DNA from: Methanomassiliicoccaceae archaeon
GTDB taxonomy: Archaea; Thermoplasmatota; Thermoplasmata; Methanomassiliicoccales; Methanomassiliicoccaceae
DNA: 64,000 nucleotides
Direction of reading: 5' to 3'
NCBI GenBank assembly: GCA_040776945.1
Contig: JAXGZN010000001.1
Location: 960,001-1,024,000, forward strand
Shown: piece after piece, positions 10,454-20,580 of the stretch
Numbering within the stretch: the stretch's first letter is position 1
Layout: every line of letters begins with the position of its first letter
Notes under the pieces: generated by a model
The model's input: the letters and a program-made list of their open reading frames with translations, nothing else
What the model was told of the DNA's origin: nothing
The model's database searches: none
Made by a program: the position numbers and the translations under genes

Positions 10454-11646
10454 CTTAAGACCTTGACCACCGCATCCAGGACCCGCTCGGCAAGGACGCT
10501 CTTGGACCCATCCACGTCCAGTTCGCCGTCAGGGGTGATGATCAGGGCCTTGGTTCTGCCCGCCCCGACGTCGCGGAGATCGTTGGCCACGATGATGTCC
10601 AGTCCATGCTCGCTCAGCCTGGACCGTGCTCTCCTCACCAGCTCGGCCCTAGGCACTCCCACCTCCGCCTTATATCCCACCAGGACCTTGGTCCGGGAGC
10701 GGAGCGCCGGCAGGACCTTGGGCAGCGGGCACAGAACGAGCCTTATGTCCTTATTGCCAGACGAGACCTTGCCTTTCTTGGCCTTGGGAGCAAAGTCGGA
10801 CAACGACGCAGGAACGATGACCGCATCATGGTCCACGGAGCCCAGCATGTCCATGAGATCGCCCACCGTACGGAAACCTCGCCTCCGCAGCGTCGTCGGC
10901 ACCGGATAGCTCATCCGCCCGGTCCACAGCTCGACATCGGCGCCTCGCCTGGACGCCGCGACAGCAAGGAGCACCGCGCTTTCCCCCGTGCCGGCATTGG
11001 ACACCACCCGCACCTCATCGATAGGCTCCTCCGTGGAGCCGCCTATGACGAGGACCCTGAGGCCCACGAGGTCATGGGGGCCGAGAGCGGTCAGCACGCG
11101 CTCCACGATCTCCTCGTTGGTGGCCACGCGCGCCTTCTTATCCTTGAACACCGGGCCGATGAACCTCACGCCCATCGTTTCCAGTCTTGCCACGTTCTCC
11201 TTGACCGCCGGGTTCTCGTACATCGACAGGTGCATGGCCGGCGCGACCAGGACCGGGACCCGGGAGCCGATGGCAACGGTGGCCATGGTCGTTACTGGGG
11301 TATCATCGATCCCCAGGGCCATCTTGGATATGGTGTTCGCGGTGCACGGCGCCACCAACAGCAGGTCCGCCTTATCGGGATAATCGCCGAAGAGGGCCAC
11401 GTGCTCGACCGCGCCGGTGAGCTCAGTGATGACCTTGCGGCCGCTGGCGAACTCCATCGCCGCCGGGGTAACCAGCCTAACGGCCTCTGGGCTCATGACC
11501 ACGGTTACCTCGGCCCCATGGCGCATAAGCTCCCTGACCAGTTCGAACGACTCGACCGCCGCGATGCTTCCAGTTATTCCGAGCACGACGCGCTTCCCCT
11601 CGAGCTCGATCCCTTTGGCGCACCGGATGGCCTCCGAAGGATGCAT
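10450..11646 (-). CDS. coaBC: Phosphopantothenoylcysteine decarboxylase/ligase CoaBC
   Basis: GITGSIAA, APCTANTISK, PAMH, IIVAND. Confidence 0.94.
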   Translation of the reverse strand: MHPSEAIRCAKGIELEGKRVVLGITGSIAAVESFELVRELMRHGAEVTVVMSPEAVRLVTPAAMEFASGRKVITELTGAVEHVALFGDYPDKADLLLVAPCTANTISKMALGIDDTPVTTMATVAIGSRVPVLVAPAMHLSMYENPAVKENVARLETMGVRFIGPVFKDKKARVATNEEIVERVLTALGPHDLVGLRVLVIGGSTEEPIDEVRVVSNAGTGESAVLLAVAASRRGADVELWTGRMSYPVPTTLRRRGFRTVGDLMDMLGSVDHDAVIVPASLSDFAPKAKKGKVSSGNKDIRLVLCPLPKVLPALRSRTKVLVGYKAEVGVPRAELVRRARSRLSEHGLDIIVANDLRDVGAGRTKALIITPDGELDVDGSKSVLAERVLDAVVKVLR

Positions 11647-11697
11647 GGCAGCACAACCCCTGCTTGACGATTTAACCTTTACGAGCAGTGACGAGGG

Positions 11698-12378
11698 TCA
11701 GTATTTCCCGATCTGCTCCCAGACCTGTTCCAGGACCTCCTCCTGGGAGGCCATAGCATCGACCACCAGATAGGTAGGGTCCTCGGCCGCCAGGCGGGCG
11801 TAGACCATCGCGACCTTGCGCAGGAACTCCACATGCTCGAACTTCTCCCTCTCTCTGCGGCCGGCGATCCTCTCCACCGCGACCTCCGGCTCGATCTTCA
11901 GGAGGACGGTGACGTCGGGACGGACGATTATGGGGTCGTTGACCGTCCTCAGCCACTCCAGCGCCCGGCCCCCGAGGTATGGTCGCAGGGTCACGCTCTG
12001 ATATGCCAGAGTGCTCCCGACATACCGGTCGCAGACCACCGACCTCCCGGCCTTCAGCCATTCAGCGATCCGCACCGAATGCTCCGCACGGTCGGCGACG
12101 TACAGGAACATCTCCGCGAACTCGCTCCTCGCCTCCCGGTTCCCTCGCCTGACCTGCTCCCCTAGCCAGGTCGGGGTCGGTTCAGCCGTCCTAACCACGC
12201 TCTTACCGTCCGATTCCAGGCGGTCGGCGAAGGCCTGGGATATCGTGCTCTTGCCGGAGCCGTCGATGCCCTCGAAGGCGAAGAACCTCCCGCTGAGGGC
12301 ATCCTCCGCAAGCGATGAGGAAAGCGCCAGGTCGCGCAGCATTATGCTCCCTCTGCTCTCGTCCATGGACCGCCTCAC
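11698..12378 (-). CDS. tmk: Thymidylate kinase (start uncertain)
   Basis: FEGIDGSGKST, DRAEH, CDRY..STLAYQ; GTGA overlap with the gcvPB stop. Confidence 0.92.
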   Translation of the reverse strand: MRRSMDESRGSIMLRDLALSSSLAEDALSGRFFAFEGIDGSGKSTISQAFADRLESDGKSVVRTAEPTPTWLGEQVRRGNREARSEFAEMFLYVADRAEHSVRIAEWLKAGRSVVCDRYVGSTLAYQSVTLRPYLGGRALEWLRTVNDPIIVRPDVTVLLKIEPEVAVERIAGRREREKFEHVEFLRKVAMVYARLAAEDPTYLVVDAMASQEEVLEQVWEQIGKY

Positions 12379-13904
12379 TTATGGTCCAATATAAGGGCGC
12401 AGGATTCGCACTTCCGTCCTGAAGCGCTCGCCCTCAGGCCTTCTAGGTTCCCGGCGAGCTTCCTTTTCAGACCAAGGTGGCTTAGCACCAGCTCCTTTGC
12501 CGCATAGACCTCGTCAATGCGTCGGACCGAGGTATTGTGCGGCGCGTCGTTCACCGTCCGGGGGTCCTCCCTCGCAATGTTCAGCATGACCTCCGCGAAC
12601 CTGTCCAACGATTCTCTGCTCTCGCTCTCCGTCGGCTCGATCATCAGCGCCTCGTCGACCAGCGAGGGGAAGTACACCGTGGGCGCCATCATCCCGTGGT
12701 CGAGCAGCCGTTTGGCGACGTCGAGCGCCCTGATGCCCTTCTCGTCCTTGAGCTTCTTGGCCGACAGCACGAACTCGTGCTTCCGCAGCGTCTTGAACGG
12801 CATATCATACGTTGGGACAAGGCGGCTTCTCAGGTAGTTGGAGTTGAGAACGGCTCCGTCGGTGGCGGAGCGCAAGCCGTCCCCTCCCTGCCTCAGGATG
12901 TACGCGTACGCCCGTACCAGCACCGCGAAGTTGCCGTAGAACGAGCGGACCTTGCCGATGCTACGAGGTCTGTCCCAATCAAAGGAATAACGCCCATCAT
13001 CATGTATGACCCGGGGAACCGGCAGGAACGGCCCCAGCTTATCCGTCACCCCGACAGGCCCGGCGCCTGGACCGCCGCCGCCGTGCGGCGTGGCAAAGGT
13101 CTTATGCAGGTTGAAGTGCACGATGTCGAAGCCCATGGCCCCCGGGCTGGTGCGCCCCATGATGGCGTTGAGGTTCGCGCCGTCATAGTACATGAGGCCT
13201 CCTACCGCGTGGACCATGGAGACCATCTCAACGATATCCTCCTCGAATATTCCCAGGGTGTTGGGGTTGGTGACCATGAACGCCGCGGTGTCAGATGACA
13301 CCGCCGCCCTCAAGGCATCAATGTCCACACAACCGCTGGACGATGTCGGGACCACGACCACGTCATAGCCGGCCATGGCCGCCGAGGCAGGGTTGGTACC
13401 ATGGGCGCTGTCCGGAACGATGACCTCCCCGCGCCTCTCGCCGTTGGCTTCGTGATAGGCGCGGGCGATGAGCATGCCAGTGAACTCACCCTGAGCTCCC
13501 GCGGCAGGCTGCAGGCTGACCGCGTCCATTCCGGATATCGCGCACAGCGACCTCTCCAGCTCGTACAGGAGGCGCAGCGAGCCTTGGACGCCCTCCTCGT
13601 CCTCGAACGGATGCACATCGCTCACCGTAGGCATCGATGCCAGAACGTCCGCGTACTTGGGATTGTACTTCATCGTGCAGCTCCCAAGGGGATAGAGCCC
13701 GTTGTCCACCCCGAAGTTCATCTGCGACAGGTTGGTGTAGTGCCGGACGACCTCGTTCTCCTGCAGGTCGGGAATGTTCAGCTCGGTCCTCAGCAGGTTC
13801 TTCGGGACCTCCACCTCCCGCCGCAGGGGCGGCAGCTTAAGATCGTTCTTCCCCCTCATCTCCTGTATCAGCTTGACATCGTATCTTGCCTGCCGGTAGG
13901 TCAT
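12375..13904 (-). CDS. gcvPB: Glycine decarboxylase P-protein subunit 2
   Basis: YPLGSCTMKYNP, QPAAGAQGE, HFNLHKTF.TPHGGGGPG; start re-placed to ATG 13904 (ATGA overlap with gcvPA). Confidence 0.95.
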   Translation of the reverse strand: MTYRQARYDVKLIQEMRGKNDLKLPPLRREVEVPKNLLRTELNIPDLQENEVVRHYTNLSQMNFGVDNGLYPLGSCTMKYNPKYADVLASMPTVSDVHPFEDEEGVQGSLRLLYELERSLCAISGMDAVSLQPAAGAQGEFTGMLIARAYHEANGERRGEVIVPDSAHGTNPASAAMAGYDVVVVPTSSSGCVDIDALRAAVSSDTAAFMVTNPNTLGIFEEDIVEMVSMVHAVGGLMYYDGANLNAIMGRTSPGAMGFDIVHFNLHKTFATPHGGGGPGAGPVGVTDKLGPFLPVPRVIHDDGRYSFDWDRPRSIGKVRSFYGNFAVLVRAYAYILRQGGDGLRSATDGAVLNSNYLRSRLVPTYDMPFKTLRKHEFVLSAKKLKDEKGIRALDVAKRLLDHGMMAPTVYFPSLVDEALMIEPTESESRESLDRFAEVMLNIAREDPRTVNDAPHNTSVRRIDEVYAAKELVLSHLGLKRKLAGNLEGLRASASGRKCESCALILDHK

Positions 13905-15223
13905 ATCACTCCCTCCAGCGCGCTCACGAGCTTGCCTATGTCCTCGTCCGTGGTCATCTCGGTGGCCGCGAACAGCATGCAATCGCCCATGCTCGGCACG
14001 TGCCTTGCCAACGGCAGGCCGCCGATCACCCCTTTGCGCATAAGGACGCGGGAGACCTTCTCCGGCCTTATCGGCGTACGCACGGCGAACTCGTTGAAGT
14101 GGTGCGATCTCAGGGCGGGGCACTCGAAGCCCTTGATCTGGCACAATGCGTCCATGGTCGCTTGGGCCCGCTCCATGCTGAGCTTGGCGATGGCCCTGAG
14201 CCCAGTGCGGCCGACGACGCCGAGATATGCCGCGGCGGCAACTGCCGCCAGGGCCTCGTTCGTGCAGATATTGGACGTCGCCTTCTCACGCCGGATGTGC
14301 TGTTCCCTGGTCTGGAGGGTCATGGCGAATGCGCGGCGGCCCTCGAGATCCTTGGTCATCCCGATGATCCTGCCAGGCATCTTTCGCACATGCTCTTGCC
14401 GGCATCCGAAAAGGCCCAGAAGGGGACCGCCAAAGTTCATGGGAGAGCCGAGCGATTGCCCCTCGCCGATGACAATGTCCGCTCCATAGTCGCCGGGAGC
14501 CTTCAGCACGCCCAGAGAAATGGGGTCGGCACCCACGACCAGCAGGGCATCGGGGAACCGCTTCTTGATCTCGGTCGCGTTGCGGTCGATCACCCCTAGG
14601 AAGTTGGGGACCTCTAAATAGATCCCGGACACATCATCATCCGCCTTGGAGGCCAGGTCATCGAGGTCCAGCTCACCGGTCAGCGGATCGAAGCCATACT
14701 CGATGACCTGCATCCCGGCCCCTTTGGTGTAATTATGCAGCACGCCCCTCTTGCCGGCGCTGAGCGCCTCGGGCACCAGAAACCTCTCCTTCTCGTTGAT
14801 GCGGCCGCACATGTTGGCCGCCTCCCCCAGCGCGGTGGAGGCGTCGTAGTTCGAGGAGTTCACCGCCTCCATCCCCGTGAGCTCGGCTATGAAGCTCTGA
14901 TACTCGAAAAGAGCCTGCAGCATGCCTTGGCTGATCTCTGCTTGGTATGGCGTATACGAGGTAAGCAGCTCTGAGCGGGAGATGATGGCGCCGACCGCGG
15001 CAGGGATGAAACGGCGGTAGACCCCTCCGCCGAGGAAACAGGGATGGTCCTCGGCCGTAACATTTGCGCTCAACATCGAGCGGACGGTCCTCACGACCTC
15101 GATCTCGGACATCCCGTCCGGCAGCGGTATGCCGTCCACGCGGACCGAGGCCGGTATGTCGGAGAAGAGGTCGTCCACGCTCTGAATCCCAAGCTCCTTC
15201 AGCATCCTCTCGTCGGCTGCCAT
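13901..15223 (-). CDS. gcvPA: Glycine decarboxylase P-protein subunit 1
   Basis: TSYTPYQAEISQG, TLQTREQHIRREKATSNICTN; start re-placed to ATG 15223. Confidence 0.95.
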   Translation of the reverse strand: MAADERMLKELGIQSVDDLFSDIPASVRVDGIPLPDGMSEIEVVRTVRSMLSANVTAEDHPCFLGGGVYRRFIPAAVGAIISRSELLTSYTPYQAEISQGMLQALFEYQSFIAELTGMEAVNSSNYDASTALGEAANMCGRINEKERFLVPEALSAGKRGVLHNYTKGAGMQVIEYGFDPLTGELDLDDLASKADDDVSGIYLEVPNFLGVIDRNATEIKKRFPDALLVVGADPISLGVLKAPGDYGADIVIGEGQSLGSPMNFGGPLLGLFGCRQEHVRKMPGRIIGMTKDLEGRRAFAMTLQTREQHIRREKATSNICTNEALAAVAAAAYLGVVGRTGLRAIAKLSMERAQATMDALCQIKGFECPALRSHHFNEFAVRTPIRPEKVSRVLMRKGVIGGLPLARHVPSMGDCMLFAATEMTTDEDIGKLVSALEGVI

Positions 15224-15738
15224 TTCGCTCGGACAACAGATTGCTTGCTGGCTATTAATGATATAGGTCGCTCCCTCTGACCATGGGGGCGGAGAAGGGA
15301 CCTTTCGCCTCCCCATCGGCCTGCCATGGGGGTCTGGTGTATCATAGGTCCTTGTTCTCCAGGAGGTCGGCCTTGTCGCGGGAGGAAGCCATCGCCGCCG
15401 GACCGCCCTCTTCCCAGGGGGTCCTATCGCCGGCGGCCCTTGAGGCCGAGAACGGAGTGAACCGCTTTCCAGGCATGGCGCTCGGCCGCTCCATGACAAG
15501 CGATAGGAGCTCACGGTCCATACGCGCCCGCGCGGTCGGCCCGCTTGGCCTGGGGCCAGGTGCGACAGGTCCACTTGCCGATCGGCCGTGGGAAATGGCC
15601 AATGGCATTTCATCGTCGTTCTCGATCGTCGGACGCAGGACGCAATGATAAAGACACATGAGCCCTTGACGCGGACGGAGAGAGCATGTCGAAAGGGAGC
15701 GGCACCTGCATCATGGGACCTGCCGGAGGACATCGGGG

Positions 15739-17295
15739 ATGAAGGGACCATTGATGGGCGGCATCGCCGCCCTGGCGGCAGTGACGCTGGTCGCGCTGTT
15801 CCTCTTCCCCTCGCTACTGCCCGCCGGGCTGTTGGGAAATGACGATGGCAAGGGCGGCGCGTACGGTTCGGACATAGCTAGGCCGCGGAACATCTCTCCT
15901 TCCGCCGAAAGCACCGTGTTCGGCCCCAACGTGACGCTGGTATGGACCACGGTCACGGGAGCCGACAGCTATTCCATCATGATCGCCGTACCAGGCACCA
16001 CGGTCGCGGCGTTGAACCTGACGTCCGCGAACAGCAGCCATGCTCTGAACGGCCTGCTCCCCAACGGAGAGTATTTGTGGTCGGTGCGGGCGATGAGGGA
16101 TAACGTCTACGGGCCGCCCAGCGAGGTCACGGCGTTCTCCATGAGGACCACGCTGGATAGGCCTGTGATGATCTCGCCGTCGGACGGAAGCATTCACATC
16201 AACAGCGTCCCCACCCTGCGCTGGGGCAGCGTGCTTGACGCTCTGGACTATCGTCTGCAGATCGCCCGGGACAACGACTTCGCCGATCTCTTGGCCGATG
16301 TCCGTCTCGAGGGGACCTCATATCGGCCGACCTTCGCCATGGAGGACGATGCGGTGTACAGCTGGCGGGTGTCCGCGCACAATGGGGACGCTTGGAGCCC
16401 ATGGAGCGTTGTACGGCAGTTCAGCCATGATCATTTCCTTGCCGCCCCGGTGCCATTGGCCCCGGCGGCCGGGTCCATCGTGGACGATAGGCAGGTGAAC
16501 CTCACCTGGTCGACGGTGGATGGTGCGGCCGGGTACCGGTTGCAGGTCAGCGCATCCGAGGACTTCGCCATCAAGGTGGCGGACGCCGAGGTGGCCGAGC
16601 CGTGGTACGTGATGCCATCTGAGCTGGATAGCGGTGCGTCGTACTTCTGGAGGGTCCAGGCGGTAAGCTCGGCCACCCGCAGCAGCTGGAGCGGCGCCGT
16701 GACCTTCACCGTGGCCCAGGAGGCCTTCTCCTTCTCGTATTCCTGGCACTATAACGGGAGGCAGCAATGGCTGAACGGCTCAGCGCCCGGGTCTGACTAC
16801 TACAGGCTCAGCGGTCTTCCTCGGACCTACGACTACGCATCGTACGTGACAGACAACGACCCCACGGTCATCGCCGTCGCCACGTATCTGAAGGCGCAGG
16901 CCGATGGGAAGAGATATGATCCAGCCTCCTATATCCTTTCGTTCGTTCAAAGCCTGGAATATACCAGTGATTTCGACACCAAAGGAAAGGTCGAATATCC
17001 CCGCTACCCGGTGGAGACTTTGGTGGACGGCGGAGGCGATTGCGAGGACACCGCAGCTCTTTTCGCATCCCTGGTCCAGTGTCCGGCGGTCGGCATCGAT
17101 GCGGTCCTGCTGATGTATACCAAGGAGAGCGAATCTGGCCACATGGCAGTGGGGATCGAGGGAGACCACTACGGCACCTACTACGTGTACAACGGGAGGA
17201 ACTACTTCTACTGCGAGACCACCGGAGAAGGCTTCAGGATAGGCATGTTCCCACAGGAGTTGCAAGGCCACACGGTCGAGGTCCTGCCTTGCTGA
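15739..17295 (+). CDS. Membrane-anchored protein with three FnIII-like repeats and a C-terminal transglutaminase-like domain
   Basis: N-terminal TM helix; three P..SP....L.W..V..A..Y repeats; GDCED..HMAVGI..CETTG. Confidence 0.82.
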   Translation: MKGPLMGGIAALAAVTLVALFLFPSLLPAGLLGNDDGKGGAYGSDIARPRNISPSAESTVFGPNVTLVWTTVTGADSYSIMIAVPGTTVAALNLTSANSSHALNGLLPNGEYLWSVRAMRDNVYGPPSEVTAFSMRTTLDRPVMISPSDGSIHINSVPTLRWGSVLDALDYRLQIARDNDFADLLADVRLEGTSYRPTFAMEDDAVYSWRVSAHNGDAWSPWSVVRQFSHDHFLAAPVPLAPAAGSIVDDRQVNLTWSTVDGAAGYRLQVSASEDFAIKVADAEVAEPWYVMPSELDSGASYFWRVQAVSSATRSSWSGAVTFTVAQEAFSFSYSWHYNGRQQWLNGSAPGSDYYRLSGLPRTYDYASYVTDNDPTVIAVATYLKAQADGKRYDPASYILSFVQSLEYTSDFDTKGKVEYPRYPVETLVDGGGDCEDTAALFASLVQCPAVGIDAVLLMYTKESESGHMAVGIEGDHYGTYYVYNGRNYFYCETTGEGFRIGMFPQELQGHTVEVLPC

Positions 17296-17299
17296 ACCA

Positions 17300-17707
17300 T
17301 CATCTGACGGACGAGGCGCACTGCACCAAGTAGGCCATGAACGCGGGCAGGGACTCGATGTCCTTGATCTCCTTCTTGCCCAGAGAGGACATCCGCGCCC
17401 GTATGGAATCGTCATAGCGGACGCCGTTGGCCCTGAGGGCGTTGCGCAACAGCTCCGCCAGCTGGCCTCCCTTGCGGTCCCAGTCAGTTAGCACGATGGC
17501 CTCCTGGCCGTTCCTAGCAAGCTCCTCTGCGACCCCGAAGATCCCTCCAGCGTCCTGCACCTGAACGATCTCCCCGCCGATCCCCAGGCAGGCCAACGCC
17601 TGCCGGTCCTTGCGCCCCTCAACCAGGATAACGGTGCTCTCCGGACGCTCCCTGAGCTGGATCAACAGCTCCTCCAACTCCTCAAGGGTCTCCCGGGGGT
17701 CCCTCAT
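17300..17707 (-). CDS. Small stand-alone TOPRIM domain protein
   Basis: ILVEGRKD and LTDWDRKG motifs. Confidence 0.88.
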   Translation of the reverse strand: MRDPRETLEELEELLIQLRERPESTVILVEGRKDRQALACLGIGGEIVQVQDAGGIFGVAEELARNGQEAIVLTDWDRKGGQLAELLRNALRANGVRYDDSIRARMSSLGKKEIKDIESLPAFMAYLVQCASSVR

Positions 17708-17997
17708 GCCCCCTCCAGTTTGGACCTGGTCTCTTCAGGCGGCAGTGGTACCAGAACGGTCTTGTGGCGATCGGTATGCCCCCTGAGGATCTCCACCCTA
17801 GCGCCGAACATATCAGTGAGCAGCGTCACCACCGCATCGTTGGCCCGGCCCTCCGTCGGCACTGCGGCAACCTTGATCATCAGGCGTTTCCTCCAGGGAT
17901 CGATCCCGCCCACCTCGTCCTTCCTGGCATTGGGGGTGACCATGATGTCCAGCTCTGTTCCGTTCTTTGACGGCCGTAGGACCTTGGAAGCGTCCAC
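17704..17997 (-). CDS. DUF167 (YggU/UPF0235) family protein
   Basis: VTPNA, P.EGRAN, GHTDRHK; start placed at GTG 17997. Confidence 0.85.
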   Translation of the reverse strand: MDASKVLRPSKNGTELDIMVTPNARKDEVGGIDPWRKRLMIKVAAVPTEGRANDAVVTLLTDMFGARVEILRGHTDRHKTVLVPLPPEETRSKLEGA

Positions 17998-18193
17998 GGT
18001 ACCGCATGGCGGACGACGGGTCAAAAGGTTTCCGCTGTCACGTCCAGAACGGTCGAACGGGCGTGGCGATGCAAGACAGACCATTGACGACGTTAGGCCT
18101 GGCCGTTCCCGGTCATGCCGAGCAGGCCCGTGCAACAGGAAACCGGACCCGCCCGCATACCCTCAAATATGGTGTAGCGGATGAGCCTGTTCG

Positions 18194-18973
18194 ATGTCGC
18201 CGCCCGTCGAGGAGTTCACCTTTCAGGACCTCACTGAGGTCTACCGGCGTGAGCAGCGCAACAAGACCATATCCGACGTGCGAAAGGACCTCTATCCGGC
18301 GATGCGGGAATGCATGGAAAAGCTGAAGCGAGAGAGCGAGAGGGAGTTCTCGGTCGACCAGTTCTCCGCCAAGGCCAAACTGGCCAGCAATCAGCTGATG
18401 AAGTTCCAGGAAAAGGCGGCCCAGGTGTTCGAGTTCCGCTTCGGTAAGCTCATGGACATGGCCCTTCGAGCGGCCCAGGGGGCCAGGGTGGACACCGGCA
18501 GGCTGACCATAGAGGAGCAGGAGGTCTACGACAAGATCCATTTGCTGCTCAAAGAGTGCCGTTCTGACGTGCTGGAAGGGAATAGGGTAAGACCAGCGGA
18601 GGCCGAGGAGCCGTCCCTGACCCCTATGGCCGCACCGGCGATGGTGGTCGAGGCCATGCGCGAGAACGGGATCGCCACGGCCGCCTGGACGCCCCCCGCG
18701 CCGGCCATCGAAGAGGCCGGGGGCACCATGCCGGAGCCCCCCGCGGTGGACGAGGCACCGCCGGCCACCGAGGCCTCGTCGGTCGAGGTCCAAGAGACCC
18801 AAGGCCCGGCCCCGGAGCACGTGGTTCTGCGCATAATCGAGGATATACCGACCTTCGCCGGTCCAGGGCGCACCTACCGGCTTCAGAAGGAGGACCTGGT
18901 AACGCTTCCGCAGGCCATCGCCAAGGTGCTCATACTCAGGAAGAAGGCCGTAGGTGTCCAGATGCCGCGTTGA
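18194..18973 (+). CDS. GINS complex subunit (Gins15-type) with long Pro/Ala/Glu linker
   Basis: Helical A domain (RFGKLM..A, LT.EE..YD) plus C-terminal B domain LRIIEDIPTFAG..Y.L..EDLVTLP. Confidence 0.82.
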   Translation: MSPPVEEFTFQDLTEVYRREQRNKTISDVRKDLYPAMRECMEKLKRESEREFSVDQFSAKAKLASNQLMKFQEKAAQVFEFRFGKLMDMALRAAQGARVDTGRLTIEEQEVYDKIHLLLKECRSDVLEGNRVRPAEAEEPSLTPMAAPAMVVEAMRENGIATAAWTPPAPAIEEAGGTMPEPPAVDEAPPATEASSVEVQETQGPAPEHVVLRIIEDIPTFAGPGRTYRLQKEDLVTLPQAIAKVLILRKKAVGVQMPR

Positions 18974-19759
18974 TCATACGGTCATCGAACGGTGGTCGTC
19001 CGGCACCAGGAGGCAGTCTATGCATCCTTCATCGCAGCCCAGCGTCCTTGCCACCGTCCTGCGGGCCAGCATTGGCGTGTTGTTGTTCTTGCTGATGTGG
19101 GCCAAAAAGATCTTGCGGCCCTCGGCATGTGTGGCCCAAAGAGCTCTCGCGCAGTCGATGTTCGACAGGTGGCCCCGTTCGGAGCGGATCTCGCTCTTAA
19201 GCCTGGGAGGGTACGGGCCGTTGATCAGCATCTGCACGTCGTGGTTCGCTTCGATGATGGCCAGATCCACTTCCTTCAGCGCACTGAACACCTCGGGAGT
19301 GATCTTCCCGAGATCGGTGGCCAGGAGCATCCGCTTTTCCTCGAAGGATATGCGGAAGGCATTAGGCTCCGCAGCATTGTGCAAGATGGGCAACGGGTCC
19401 ACGGTCAAACATCCCAGTTCGAAACGCTCCATCGTGCGGAAGATGATCGAGGAGTGCACTTGGCCAAGGTTCGAACAGGCCAATGTGTTCTCGTTGCAGC
19501 ATACCGGCACCCCGTACCGCCGGGAGAGCACCCCGGCCCCGCTTACGTGATCGGAATGCTCATGGGTGAGAACCATCGCGTCCAGTTCCCGAGGGTCGAG
19601 CCCCACGGCCTCCATCAGCCTGGCTATGCGCCTCCCAGAGATGCCGGCGTCCAGGAGGACCATGGTGTCATCCGCCACCACCACCGAGCAGTTGCCGTCA
19701 CTGCCGCTGGCCAGAACATGTACCTCTAACGAACACAGTCCGCATCCCGGAAGTGTCAA
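18974..19759 (-). CDS. MBL-fold metallo-hydrolase (YycJ/WalJ-like); start uncertain (TTG 19759 or nearby CTG)
   Basis: LASGSDGN, THEHSDH, TDLG, EANHD, GHLSN, LAHIS. Confidence 0.87.
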   Translation of the reverse strand: MTLPGCGLCSLEVHVLASGSDGNCSVVVADDTMVLLDAGISGRRIARLMEAVGLDPRELDAMVLTHEHSDHVSGAGVLSRRYGVPVCCNENTLACSNLGQVHSSIIFRTMERFELGCLTVDPLPILHNAAEPNAFRISFEEKRMLLATDLGKITPEVFSALKEVDLAIIEANHDVQMLINGPYPPRLKSEIRSERGHLSNIDCARALWATHAEGRKIFLAHISKNNNTPMLARRTVARTLGCDEGCIDCLLVPDDHRSMTV

Positions 19760-19779
19760 TCGCCGGGGAGTAAAAATAA

Positions 19780-20289
19780 CTAGCGACCAGGGGGCGGGCA
19801 GTAAGGCGAACGACCCTCGCTCACCTTTCGGCAAAGGGCGATGAGGACGTCTTGTCGGGTAATGATCCCCACGAGCTTCCCGCCCTTATGCACTGGCAGG
19901 CGATTAACTCCCATTCGGACCATGGTCTCCATGGCCTTTTCCACGCTCTCGTCGGCGTCTATGGAGACGATCTCGGTGCTCATGACGTCCCCAACCTTGG
20001 CCTCCCCAACTCCCTTGTACCTCTTGCATAGCATCTCGTCCCTGACCAGCCGGTCATAGGGTAGCGAGGCGACCGAGACCTGTCCAATGTCCAACCCCAT
20101 GCCCTCTTTGCTGACGGCGAACTCAAGCACGTCCGATTCGCTCAGGATGCCTACCAGATTATCATCGCTGTCCACCACCGGCGCCCCGGAGACCTTTTTC
20201 AGGGACATGAGAGCGGTCGCCTCGCACAGGGTGGCATCCTTGCTGATCTTGATCACCGCAGGGGTCATGACCTCGATCACCCGGGTCAT
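19780..20289 (-). CDS. CBS-domain pair protein
   Basis: Two CBS motifs (GAPVVD..LVGILSESD; RLPV..LVGIITRQD). Confidence 0.88.
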   Translation of the reverse strand: MTRVIEVMTPAVIKISKDATLCEATALMSLKKVSGAPVVDSDDNLVGILSESDVLEFAVSKEGMGLDIGQVSVASLPYDRLVRDEMLCKRYKGVGEAKVGDVMSTEIVSIDADESVEKAMETMVRMGVNRLPVHKGGKLVGIITRQDVLIALCRKVSEGRSPYCPPPGR

Positions 20290-20416
20290 GCGGACACCTC
20301 TGCGACGGCCTTGAAGGAGAAAGACCAAGATGCCAACGGTGCTGTTTCTGTAGAATGGACGGGCCCGGCGTTAGAAAAGCTTATGTACAACGACCATATT
20401 TCTCGCCACACACGGG

Positions 20417-20490
20417 GGGCCCGTAGCTCAGCTAGGTAGAGCAATCGGCTCTTAACCGATGGGCCGAGGGTTCGAATCCCTCCGGGCCCG
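20417..20490 (+). tRNA. tRNA-Lys (anticodon CUU), no encoded CCA
   Basis: Cloverleaf: acceptor GGGCCCG/CGGGCCC, anticodon stem ATCGG-CTCTTAA-CCGAT, T-loop GTTCGAATC. Confidence 0.96.
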
Positions 20491-20580
20491 CCTCCCATCT
20501 CTTCGATCATCATCCTAGACCGGTTATCACTGGCACTATATATTTTTCCCTAGGCGAAAAAGAACTTCTGCACGAGAAAA

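Noticed and set aside
15342-15659. 105-aa minus-strand ORF upstream of gcvPA; also considered a glycine riboswitch here
   Set aside because: Low-complexity Pro/Ala/Arg sequence with no motif; no riboswitch consensus; gcvPA has its own TATA-like element close to its start
13905-15751. Long N-terminal extensions given by the ORF track for gcvPA and gcvPB (likewise gdhA, hdrC, transketolase N, DUF357, DUF167)
   Set aside because: The extensions overlap neighbouring genes or promoters; starts were re-placed using motif onset, SD and ATGA overlaps
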